A stretch of DNA of 20,000 bases from an uncultured virus (IMG/VR IMGVR_UViG_3300013094_000041) (lineage: Duplodnaviria; Heunggongvirae; Uroviricota; Caudoviricetes). The stretch's first letter is position 1; each line of letters starts with the position of its first letter. Below, in pieces: positions 9,366 to 16,731 of the stretch. Made by a program: the position numbers and the translations under genes. A model generated the notes under the pieces. That model did not search any database. It saw nothing but the letters and a program-made list of their open reading frames with translations, and was not told the DNA's origin. The stretch is from IMG/VR virus record IMGVR_UViG_3300013094_000041; one strand, written 5' to 3'.

Positions 9366-9919
9366 CCAAGTATTGCTACAAGTGCAAAGAAAGCAAGCCA
9401 GTCGAGTCTTTTGGTAAAAACAAAAGCAAACACGACGGCTTGTCTACTGAGTGCCGTCCATGCAAACGTCAGGGTGATAAGCAATATTACATAGATAATT
9501 CAGAGAAGATAAAGCAAACGGTTGCCAAATATCGTGCAGAAAACCCCGAAAAAGTTAGCCAAGTAAAGCATGAGTGGTACGAACGACACCAAAATCATGT
9601 GCATACAAAATCGCAATCTTGGCGCAAATCCAATTTAAACAGTTATTATCAATCCCAAAAAAAGTATAACTCCTTAAACAAAGGAAAAAGAAATGCTTTG
9701 CTAGCAAAATATAGGGCTACAAAGCTTCAAGCCACTCCACCTTGGTTTGAAAAAGATTTAGTAGAAACTGTATATATTAAGGCTAAAGAATGGGGCTTTG
9801 CTGTTGATCATGTCGTACCTTTGCAAGGCGAAAACGTATGCGGGCTTCACTGTTGGGCTAACCTTCAACTATTAGATCCGTTGCTGAATTCAAGCAAAGG
9901 CAATAGATACGATATATGA
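9359..9919 (+). CDS. Free-standing HNH endonuclease (homing-type) with N-terminal Zn finger
   Basis: CYKC...CRPC zinc finger, a basic helical linker, then ATPPW...VDHVVPLQGENVCGLHCWANLQLL...NSSKGN HNH core. Overlaps both neighbours. Confidence 0.92.
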   Translation: MLTKYCYKCKESKPVESFGKNKSKHDGLSTECRPCKRQGDKQYYIDNSEKIKQTVAKYRAENPEKVSQVKHEWYERHQNHVHTKSQSWRKSNLNSYYQSQKKYNSLNKGKRNALLAKYRATKLQATPPWFEKDLVETVYIKAKEWGFAVDHVVPLQGENVCGLHCWANLQLLDPLLNSSKGNRYDI

Positions 9920-10263
9920 AGCTTTCTCCAGCCATTATCCGCAATCTGTATAGTGCAATTTATTGCATGGCACCATTCAATAGATGGCCAATGCCGTTGC
10001 CAGAAGAGATTAAATTTGTAGTAGATTCAGATCCAGAGACTATGGGAACCTATCTATACGACGATGGTGAAGAATACGAACATATCATTACTATTTCGGA
10101 TAAAAAATGCGGGCATTTATCGACAGTGATCCGCGTATTAATCCATGAATGTGTTCATATGAGCAGATGGAAAACTATTAAATGGAGCCATCACGATGCT
10201 GAGTTCAGGCGGCGCACTAAAGTTATTTCAGATGATCTAGGGTTTGATCCACTAGAGTTGTAG
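9916..10263 (+). CDS. SprT-like small zinc metallopeptidase
   Basis: VLIHECVHM (HExxH) followed by HHDAEFRRR, matching the SprT-family HExxH...H-x-x-x-F pattern. ATGA overlap with the HNH stop. Confidence 0.8.
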   Translation: MKLSPAIIRNLYSAIYCMAPFNRWPMPLPEEIKFVVDSDPETMGTYLYDDGEEYEHIITISDKKCGHLSTVIRVLIHECVHMSRWKTIKWSHHDAEFRRRTKVISDDLGFDPLEL

Positions 10264-10274
10264 TACACTAAATT

Positions 10275-10349
10275 TGAGAGGTGGACGGAAACAATCCCAA
10301 CACCTTTAAACACTAAGTACGACGATTAGTTCAAATCCCCTCTCATTTT
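10275..10349. other. Structured intergenic element at the junction of convergent operons (possible bidirectional terminator or ncRNA)
   Basis: TGAGAGG(T)GGA (10275-10285) is complementary to TCCCCTCTCA (10336-10345) and is followed by TTTT. It lies between the stops of two convergent genes. Confidence 0.4.
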
Positions 10350-10651
10350 CATTTAAAGAGTCTAGAAGCTTCATCCTTCTTGTGTAATAGGTTGGCCGTG
10401 GCCTCCAGTAATTCAAGTTGGGTAATGGCATAAGTTTTCTCAAACTGCTTAGCTCCAAGTCCGTGAACACCGGTATTGCCGCGATGGTGTTCTGGGCATA
10501 GTCCGATGACTGGAGCATTGTCTCTTTTACCTCCATACCGACGTATATGGTGTATCTCACAGGGGGTTTCCCCATAGCCAAGATGTTTGCAAAGTATGCA
10601 GCCGAGGTCTGCAACACGCGCAAAATGTTTTCTTTCATCCTTACTTGACAT
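10349..10651 (-). CDS. Ref-like (recombination enhancement, RecA-dependent nuclease family) HNH Zn-binding protein
   Basis: HFARVADLGCILC...PCEIHHIR...VIGLCPEHHRG..GVH pattern of P1 Ref/DUF968-like proteins. ATG at 10651 preferred over TTG at 10654. Confidence 0.8.
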   Translation of the reverse strand: MSSKDERKHFARVADLGCILCKHLGYGETPCEIHHIRRYGGKRDNAPVIGLCPEHHRGNTGVHGLGAKQFEKTYAITQLELLEATANLLHKKDEASRLFK

Positions 10652-10901
10652 CAATCATTTTCCGAATGAACTCGCCAGCAATATCAATTGGGGTAGTACT
10701 TTTAGGATCCAACTCAACGACAAATCCATTGGCGATATGCCACCCGTTAATACTATCTTTGATAATCATTCCAGAATCCATTAGCGCCCTAGCATGAGCG
10801 CCAACTGCTGAGCGACTTAGGCCAACATTAATGTCAACCGATGTCACTCCTGGGTTCTTCGCTATGAACTGTAGGATGCTCTTTTTCTTGTCTGTTATCA
10901 A
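10641..10901 (-). CDS. Winged-helix DNA-binding protein
   Basis: ILQFIAKNPGVTSVDINVGLSRSAVGAHARALMDSGMI is a wHTH pattern. TTG start at 10901 is preceded by GGAG (ORF track start 10916). Confidence 0.7.
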   Translation of the reverse strand: MITDKKKSILQFIAKNPGVTSVDINVGLSRSAVGAHARALMDSGMIIKDSINGWHIANGFVVELDPKSTTPIDIAGEFIRKMIDVK

Positions 10902-10979
10902 AATAAATGACTCCAATATCTAATATTTTATAGCTGGGAACAGCCCATCCGGCAGCCTTGAGTGCCAGTATAACCTCTT

Positions 10980-11150
10980 CTATCTCATCCACCATTTGCC
11001 CCGCCTTTCGCGCTCGCAAAACTTTTGTACATCAATTGGGTCTTGTTTTGTAACTTCAGAACAAGCATAAACTGAAGTCTCTGAGTGCGTATAAAATATC
11101 CACGCAAACAGAGATCCCAGCATTATTAAAGATATAGCTATTGCTTTCAT
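10980..11150 (-). CDS. Small membrane-anchored protein (56 aa), two Cys
   Basis: Translated by hand: MKAIAISLIMLGSLFAWIFYTHSETSVYACSEVTKQDPIDVQKFCERERRGKWWMR*. TAATG overlap with the upstream stop. Not in the ORF track. Confidence 0.75.
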   Translation of the reverse strand: MKAIAISLIMLGSLFAWIFYTHSETSVYACSEVTKQDPIDVQKFCERERRGKWWMR

Positions 11151-11332
11151 TACCCTTTAGTTCTTTTACGCTTAGGGACAATGTCAACAATACCACCAGC
11201 AGCTGGTTTTTCACCCTCTAGCTTTTCTAGCAATTCATCTGCCATTCTAATGGCCCCTATAGGGTTTCCGCAATTTATCAATGCAAAACAGGATGCCAAG
11301 AAACGCATGTACTCTTTGTCTTTATTTTCCAT
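11150..11332 (-). CDS. Hypothetical phage protein (60 aa)
   Basis: MENKDKEYMRFLASCFAL...AIRMADELLEKL. GGAG RBS upstream of ATG 11332; coupled to neighbours. Confidence 0.75.
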   Translation of the reverse strand: MENKDKEYMRFLASCFALINCGNPIGAIRMADELLEKLEGEKPAAGGIVDIVPKRKRTKG

Positions 11333-11603
11333 GTTGCTCCAGCATATCAATGCGCTCTATTAAAATGTCACTAAGCCTATCGTTACCAATTAATAGGATA
11401 GAGGTCTCTTTGGTATCTCGGACGACCTTACAGGCGTCTCTAAGGCCCTTGTTATAGCCACTAGCATAATGATCTTGGCCTTCAAAAGCAGACGATACAG
11501 CGTCGCGCACGAATGATGCAGCTCTACGTGTCTTGGCCATCTCGCGAAGCTTATAAACGTCTTCTGCTGGCAGGTACAAGCTATAGGCAACTAGCTTTTC
11601 CAT
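11322..11603 (-). CDS. Probable ribbon-helix-helix DNA-binding protein
   Basis: N-terminal YSLYLPAEDVYKLREMAK...AASFVRDAV fits an RHH/CopG-like strand-helix-helix pattern. Confidence 0.6.
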   Translation of the reverse strand: MEKLVAYSLYLPAEDVYKLREMAKTRRAASFVRDAVSSAFEGQDHYASGYNKGLRDACKVVRDTKETSILLIGNDRLSDILIERIDMLEQHGK

Positions 11604-12004
11604 GTTTTAAACTCCTGAATTAATTCTTCAAACAACTGTTGAGCTTTTAGGTTTGTCTTTAGGTCTGACCTAGATGGAACATTTAAGTAGTCATATAACC
11701 ACTCAGTTGTTTCCTTTTCGTTCTTTTTAAAGATGTTACCCTCGCTATGGAGGAATTCCCAAAACTGTTCATTTCGGCACATTATTCCAGCAGACTTAAC
11801 TAGCTTAGCGCCAACAAACTCATCGCGGTTAAATGGAACCTCTGTATCAGCCAAACGTACCATAACTACCATGTACCTAGCCCCTACGAAATCCCGTAGA
11901 ATTTCTTCTGGGATCTCGTCTGGGTGGATAGATAAGGTAAGAATATGGCCGTCCTTAGTCTGCTTGAGAGCTACCTTCTTGGCTTCAAACTGACTAGTTT
12001 CCAT
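11591..12004 (-). CDS. Hypothetical phage protein
   Basis: 137-aa ORF in the coupled operon, with AGIMCRNEQFWEFL...LNVPSRSDLKTN. No function assignable. Confidence 0.75.
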   Translation of the reverse strand: METSQFEAKKVALKQTKDGHILTLSIHPDEIPEEILRDFVGARYMVVMVRLADTEVPFNRDEFVGAKLVKSAGIMCRNEQFWEFLHSEGNIFKKNEKETTEWLYDYLNVPSRSDLKTNLKAQQLFEELIQEFKTWKS

Positions 12005-12316
12005 TTATAGCTTTCCCATTAATAGATACTTAAAGCGCTCCCAAAAACTTAAGCTAGTGTCAATTCGGGCGACAATATTGAAATCAGCCACAATCTTTTC
12101 AAGCGCTTCATTCTCTTTAATCTGAGATGCTAAAGCTTCCTGCAGCCGCTCTGACAGTTTTTGCCAATCTACCTTGGCGGGAAATGGCCAAGCCTCTAGA
12201 TCTTTTTTAACAGCCTTTATGCGCGCCTGACCATCAGCTACCTTGGATTTATTCTTTGAACCGACTGGACGGCCACGCTTTGCAGCCTTAACTGCTGGTT
12301 TTTTAGTTATGCCCAT
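12005..12316 (-). CDS. Basic protein with AT-hook-like motif and coiled coil
   Basis: KRGRPVGSKNK AT-hook-like motif; LSERLQEALASQIKENEAL coiled coil. Confidence 0.65.
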   Translation of the reverse strand: MGITKKPAVKAAKRGRPVGSKNKSKVADGQARIKAVKKDLEAWPFPAKVDWQKLSERLQEALASQIKENEALEKIVADFNIVARIDTSLSFWERFKYLLMGKL

Positions 12317-12576
12317 GGATCTTTCTCCTCTTGTTTAACTGCAGGTGCAGCGCTGGTTTTAACGAAAGTGTCTACAGATAAAGATAAGAATGTACCGCCA
12401 GTCTTGGTTGGCTGCTTCCAGGCTGATAACTTAACTTCAATGCCATCTTCGTCTGTTTTTTCCAACAAATCTTTGATATAAGCACGGTCAAGCTTGATGC
12501 TGCCAAAAAACTCTGGGGCCTTGTCTGACTTGCGTTGGGATGATACAAATAATGCACCTCGGTTTAAATATTCCAC
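12307..12576 (-). CDS. DUF736-like / putative ssDNA-binding protein
   Basis: GALF...KSDKAPEFFGSI...LSAWKQPTKTGGTFLSLSV with an acidic-aromatic tail (EEKDPWA). Lies directly downstream of ERF. Confidence 0.65.
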   Translation of the reverse strand: MEYLNRGALFVSSQRKSDKAPEFFGSIKLDRAYIKDLLEKTDEDGIEVKLSAWKQPTKTGGTFLSLSVDTFVKTSAAPAVKQEEKDPWA

Positions 12577-12580
12577 AGTA

Positions 12581-13297
12581 CTACTCCTTTGTTAATGATT
12601 TTTTGGTTGTTGTAAAGCTTGTCATCAGCTCTGCATAAAACGCAGCGTCTAATTCTTTAGCCCGGTCAAATGATGCGCGGTTTACCTTGAAGATATTAGC
12701 TACATCATCTGGAGTCTGGGCTAGTTGTAATAATGCAACAGTTCCAGCCTTAAGGGTTTCAAGCCATGCTTCTGCAGTTCCCTGGTCATTAATGACTTTT
12801 AAAGTCCACTCTCCTGGTAACTCTTTCTTGCCTACCTTAACTGAAGCTACAAATGGTTCTGTTTTGGCAGTAGCTACAGCAGGTTTAGCAACTACTGCTT
12901 CAGACTTTTTTGCCGGCTCTTCTTTGCCTGTCAATGGCTCCAAAGCGTCATGCTCTACGATCTCAAAGGCGTTAACCCAAAGATAACGGCGTAGATAGGT
13001 CTGTACTGCACCTAAATTTTGGACGTCATGGCAACCCTTTAAAGCTGCGCTAGACATCGGCGAAGTAAAGGTTACAAAGCTACCATCTTCTGTGTCATTA
13101 ATGGTCAGGTATGCCATATTTGATGTAAAGGCTACGATACCGCATAGCCCCATCTCAGAGCAGATTCTCTGAATAGCTGGCAAGAAATCGCCCAACTCAA
13201 AGTAATAATACCCAGCAAACTTGTTGTGACCAGACTTCTTAAGTGCCGTATTTTGCAACTTCATACGGGCTTCTTGGAGCTTGATATATACGCTCAT
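12581..13297 (-). CDS. erf: ERF-superfamily ssDNA annealing protein
   Basis: LKKSGHNKFAGYYYFELGDF and QNLGAVQTYLRRYLWVNAFEIVEHD match the ERF signature G-x-x-x-TY-x-RRY...D. Confidence 0.88.
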   Translation of the reverse strand: MSVYIKLQEARMKLQNTALKKSGHNKFAGYYYFELGDFLPAIQRICSEMGLCGIVAFTSNMAYLTINDTEDGSFVTFTSPMSSAALKGCHDVQNLGAVQTYLRRYLWVNAFEIVEHDALEPLTGKEEPAKKSEAVVAKPAVATAKTEPFVASVKVGKKELPGEWTLKVINDQGTAEAWLETLKAGTVALLQLAQTPDDVANIFKVNRASFDRAKELDAAFYAELMTSFTTTKKSLTKE

Positions 13298-13467
13298 GCT
13301 AAACCTTTCAAATATTCATCGGCAAGCGATGCTGCAATGCCATAAATTGCCTCAGATGCCTCAAGATCTGGTATATCTTCCATATCAGAATGAATCAAAT
13401 CATATGTATTTGAATTACCTGCTAAGGCAACCATAAAGTCATAAATCATTTCTTGTCTTGTCTTCAT
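13294..13467 (-). CDS. Hypothetical acidic protein (57 aa)
   Basis: Translated by hand: MKTRQEMIYDFMVALAGNSNTYDLIHSDMEDIPDLEASEAIYGIAASLADEYLKGLA*. ATGA overlaps at both ends fill the gap exactly. Not in the ORF track. Confidence 0.8.
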   Translation of the reverse strand: MKTRQEMIYDFMVALAGNSNTYDLIHSDMEDIPDLEASEAIYGIAASLADEYLKGLA

Positions 13468-13685
13468 TTCATTTCCTCTTTCTTGGTTTCTACTTCAATT
13501 AACTTTTGTGTGTAATGCAGTACTTTCCGAAGGTCATCAATACCGCCTTTCTTTCTCCAGCGGGTAATGTACTTAACAATATTTCCCTCTAGATATGGAA
13601 GGTCATTAGCAACAATGTAGTCCCACGGTTGTACTGAATTGCTTTTGTAGTGGCTTCCCCCTACCTGGGTATCATTGGCGCTCAT
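13464..13685 (-). CDS. DUF3310 family protein (T7 gp1.7 nucleotide kinase / SaV-like)
   Basis: QVGGSHYK...QPWDYI...YLEGNIVKYITRWRKKGGIDDLRKVLHY signature. Confidence 0.88.
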   Translation of the reverse strand: MSANDTQVGGSHYKSNSVQPWDYIVANDLPYLEGNIVKYITRWRKKGGIDDLRKVLHYTQKLIEVETKKEEMK

Positions 13686-14458
13686 ACAATAAACAACTCT
13701 TCATATGGGTAAACTGGCTCCTTCGGCAAAAATAGCCGGTTAACAGTTTCACCGCGGCAATAAGCATGAATAGCTTTTTGAGTCTTCCAAAGCTTTTCAA
13801 TCTTGTCTGATTCACCATTGTTTGTGTTCCGCATGAATGCTTCGCGAGCAAGGATGATAACCTTTTCATCTGAGCTTTCAGAAACACCACTTAATAATAC
13901 CTCTGAGAATCGGCGTAACTTAGTGATATTTTCACCATAGAAATGTGCCAACATAAGCGCGCCCAAAATAACCGATGGGTTTAAATGCCTACGATTGGTA
14001 ACAAAACACTCTGAAGCAGCTTTCATATGAATTTCCATATCATCTGCAAATGATAAGATTTCTTCTGTGGATAAACGTTTAGGTGCCGACAACAGATTAA
14101 GCATTCCAATATGTTTAGAAGTAATCCAGCCATTTAGGCCACCGATTTTGATGCCATCCATTTTGCTGCGTGGACGATGGGTGTCAATGTGAATAGATTG
14201 AGATTTCTTGAGGCCCTGGACCACCAGCATATTGACTGGCACACCAGCACGAATGATCCCAGATAAACGCTGCTGTCCATCTGCAAGGGTTCCGTCCTCA
14301 TAAAACGCAACGCCCTGGTGGGTCAAAGACCAATCACCATTTTTCATTAACTCTGCATAGCTGCCTATTCTGCGCTCGCTCATGCTACGGTTAACAACGT
14401 TTTTCTCTAGCATCTTTTTTGCCATTTCTGGCGTGATATTTATTACATTAGCCTTCAT
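13682..14458 (-). CDS. ParB/Srx-fold (DGQHR-like) domain protein
   Basis: ITPEMAKKML..N..NR...YAELMKNGDW...GVAFYEDGTLADGQQRLSGII; the motif reads DGQQR. Confidence 0.75.
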   Translation of the reverse strand: MKANVINITPEMAKKMLEKNVVNRSMSERRIGSYAELMKNGDWSLTHQGVAFYEDGTLADGQQRLSGIIRAGVPVNMLVVQGLKKSQSIHIDTHRPRSKMDGIKIGGLNGWITSKHIGMLNLLSAPKRLSTEEILSFADDMEIHMKAASECFVTNRRHLNPSVILGALMLAHFYGENITKLRRFSEVLLSGVSESSDEKVIILAREAFMRNTNNGESDKIEKLWKTQKAIHAYCRGETVNRLFLPKEPVYPYEELFIV

Positions 14459-15332
14459 TTGCTTCTCCTCTGAGGTATGTTTGATACTGCGGACAAAATT
14501 GACTTACTTGGCAATAGCTCTTGCATCGAGTTCTTTCGCCGGGACGGGTCTCAATATAAAATCCTTTGCCCGCCTCTTCTAATGCAGCTTCGGCCTCTTC
14601 CATGGATGCATGAAGTGACTTAGCTCTTACTGCTTTATCTTTCTTTAATGCGTAGACTGTTTCTTTTTCCCACATTTCGGAAGAAGTACAGGGTGGCAAG
14701 ACTGCTCCAGTTTCCTCGGCGAAACGGGCTTCGGAGTGTAAATGAATGCGCTCGCGGAGGTACTCTTCACGTCTTTCCATACTCCATAAAGGAATATCAA
14801 TTGTGACAATGCCAGCCTTTGGGTAATTAGCGCGAGTCTGCGACTCTCTATCACTGAAGTCTTTAAGGATAGCGACGATACTAAGCTTTGTAACTGGAGT
14901 TGCTTTAAGGTATTCAACCAACCATGCGTATACATTTAACTGTTGCTCCCATTCAGGTTTAGGATTTTGGACTGCCCATACTCCGACGGTCTTCCAGTCG
15001 GTGATTTCAATGCCAGCTTCTGTTACTGTTTGCACGTCAATCGCGCCGGAGATATGCCAGCCATCAAACTCGGCATATAAGCGCTCCTCAACTATATCGT
15101 TAGCGCCAGGATGTTTTTCCAGCATATTATGGAAAGCGGTCCCAAACATGGAGTACACCAGTGAAGATACGTCCACTTCAATCTGGTTATCATATTTGCG
15201 TCGCATGATAGAAATCTGTGGGCTATTCATCATCTCAGTAACTGATAGGTGTGCAGAACCCTTGGAGTAAGACGGCTTCTCTGCCAATCGCACAATAGCA
15301 TCTGGTAAATTAAATTTATTTGTTATTTTCAT
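14448..15332 (-). CDS. PD-(D/E)XK exonuclease, Cas4/RecB-like
   Basis: GTAFH, EERL, ISGAID, ITDWKT, QLNVYAWL motifs; C-terminal RCKSYCQVSQFCPQY Cys cluster. Confidence 0.88.
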   Translation of the reverse strand: MKITNKFNLPDAIVRLAEKPSYSKGSAHLSVTEMMNSPQISIMRRKYDNQIEVDVSSLVYSMFGTAFHNMLEKHPGANDIVEERLYAEFDGWHISGAIDVQTVTEAGIEITDWKTVGVWAVQNPKPEWEQQLNVYAWLVEYLKATPVTKLSIVAILKDFSDRESQTRANYPKAGIVTIDIPLWSMERREEYLRERIHLHSEARFAEETGAVLPPCTSSEMWEKETVYALKKDKAVRAKSLHASMEEAEAALEEAGKGFYIETRPGERTRCKSYCQVSQFCPQYQTYLRGEANEG

Positions 15333-15486
15333 TTTGCTTTAGAACCCATTGTTTAAGATCGATTGCGTTAATGATTAGGCTGTTGATCTCATCAATAGTT
15401 GACTCTTTGTCCTCAGTAATTAATAGTTTGGAGATTGCCTTATAGTTCCTAGCAATGTCTAACAACTTCTCTGCATAATCAATCAT
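15316..15486 (-). CDS. Hypothetical protein (56 aa)
   Basis: MIDYAEKLLDIARNYKAISKLL... Start moved to ATG 15486 (GAGG RBS, short overlap with the upstream stop) from the ORF-track 15540. Confidence 0.65.
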   Translation of the reverse strand: MIDYAEKLLDIARNYKAISKLLITEDKESTIDEINSLIINAIDLKQWVLKQNENNK

Positions 15487-15781
15487 GACTTCCTCTATAT
15501 CCTTTACGTTCGCCGTAATTATCGTAATAGTTTTGTACACCGCTTGGGGCTATTGTTTCATATCCAATTCGAGTTCCGCTATTATCGTAAACCCCAGTAT
15601 CTGAATGTATGTTCAGTGGACTGTTCTTCCAATTGGATGGAGAATTCCTCCAAGTCATTGAACTGTTTTCCGAGTTCAATTCCGAGTTCTTCCAGTTTTG
15701 TGGGGAGTTCTCCCAAGTAGTGACCTGTCCATAACTGCATGAACATGCGGTGATCAATATAACCCTCAATATATTTTTCAT
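15479..15781 (-). CDS. Exported protein with WxNSxxN heptad repeats
   Basis: Signal-peptide-like N-terminus MKNILRVILITACSCSYG, five 7-aa repeats, then two YDNxGxRxGY repeats. Confidence 0.75.
   Translation of the reverse strand: MKNILRVILITACSCSYGQVTTWENSPQNWKNSELNSENSSMTWRNSPSNWKNSPLNIHSDTGVYDNSGTRIGYETIAPSGVQNYYDNYGERKGYRGSHD
15611..15715 (-). repeat. Five degenerate 21-nt / 7-aa coding tandem repeats
   Basis: WENSPQN-WKNSELN-SENSSMT-WRNSPSN-WKNSPLN. Confidence 0.8.
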
Positions 15782-15790
15782 AATTTTTCC

Positions 15791-15937
15791 TCATTTTGTG
15801 GCCAGCATCCATAGGCCAACATTAGCCCCTGCATAGCATACATAACAGATAAACATGGGAAGATTACCCTTGGACATTTGCTCGAAAGCAATCCAAGCGT
15901 AGATCAACCCTGTCAATATAATTAAATTTCCGCTCAT
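15791..15937 (-). CDS. Small two-TM membrane protein (48 aa)
   Basis: MSGNLIILTGLIYAWIAFEQMSKGNLPMFICYVCYAGANVGLWMLATK. ATGA overlap with the glycosyltransferase stop fixes the start at 15937. Confidence 0.75.
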   Translation of the reverse strand: MSGNLIILTGLIYAWIAFEQMSKGNLPMFICYVCYAGANVGLWMLATK

Positions 15938-16731
15938 TCTGACCTTGGCAAGGCTCCAGTAAAGCCGTAAGTACCTGTGTGAGTAAAGTGCGCCCAAGGA
16001 GCTGCATAGACCTTAAAACCAGCTTCACGGGCAATCTTACAGAAGTGGTAGTCCTCAGATAGTAGCCGATTAGATTCTTCATCAATGCTGGTAGCAAAGA
16101 ACTCTTTAATAATCTTAACCTCCCGCACAGTATCAACGGCGTGGTACATATCATTGGTATAGCTAGGGACTTTATCCATCAGCGCATCAAATACCTGGCG
16201 CTTGATCAGCATAAAACCAGTACCGCCGTTAGCAATCTCTAGTGGTTCATTAATGCTTCCTGAAGTAGAGCCTTGACCGTGTGGTAAATTTACAACAAAT
16301 GCTCCAGTATGCTGGGCTAAGTTTTGTGGTGGAACGCCTTTTTGGACTGCCGCGGTTACTTCTACCCAGTTGATCTCTTTCTTTGGATATAAACCGCAGA
16401 TAATATCTACATCAGAAGCCACCATGCGTGGAATATCCTGTGGATTAAAACCAATATCGGCATCAATAAACATCAAATGGGTAGCTTCTGATTGAAGGAA
16501 GTCATAAGCCATGCTGTTACGGGCGCGAGTAATCAAAGATTCATTCATCATAAAGCTGTAGTACATCTGCAATCCATTTTGGCTACAGACTCCTACCAAC
16601 TGCATAATTGCAGAGGCGTAAAGACCTGTACACATACCACCATACATTGGAGTGGCTACAAACAATGCAGCTTTCGGCATTGGTTTCGGCGCCGCAAAGA
16701 TTGGTTTATTTGGTATTGGTGGCTTTTTCAT
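15934..16731 (-). CDS. GT-A fold glycosyltransferase
   Basis: FVATPMYGG, ESLITRARN, THLMFIDADIGF (DxD), GTGFMLIKRQVF, LSEDYHFC motifs. Confidence 0.85.
   Translation of the reverse strand: MKKPPIPNKPIFAAPKPMPKAALFVATPMYGGMCTGLYASAIMQLVGVCSQNGLQMYYSFMMNESLITRARNSMAYDFLQSEATHLMFIDADIGFNPQDIPRMVASDVDIICGLYPKKEINWVEVTAAVQKGVPPQNLAQHTGAFVVNLPHGQGSTSGSINEPLEIANGGTGFMLIKRQVFDALMDKVPSYTNDMYHAVDTVREVKIIKEFFATSIDEESNRLLSEDYHFCKIAREAGFKVYAAPWAHFTHTGTYGFTGALPRSE

Noticed and set aside
10275..10349. Canonical tRNA gene
   Set aside because: An acceptor-like stem and TTCAAAT are present, but the T, D and anticodon stems do not pair and there is no CCA. Kept only as a structured-element finding.
10306..10638. 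110-aa - strand ORF overlapping the Ref-like gene
   Set aside because: Alternative frame of a gene with a clear Cys/His motif; no features of its own.
14448..15332. CRISPR-Cas locus (cas4)
   Set aside because: No repeat-spacer array or other cas genes are visible; solo Cas4-like exonucleases are common in phages.
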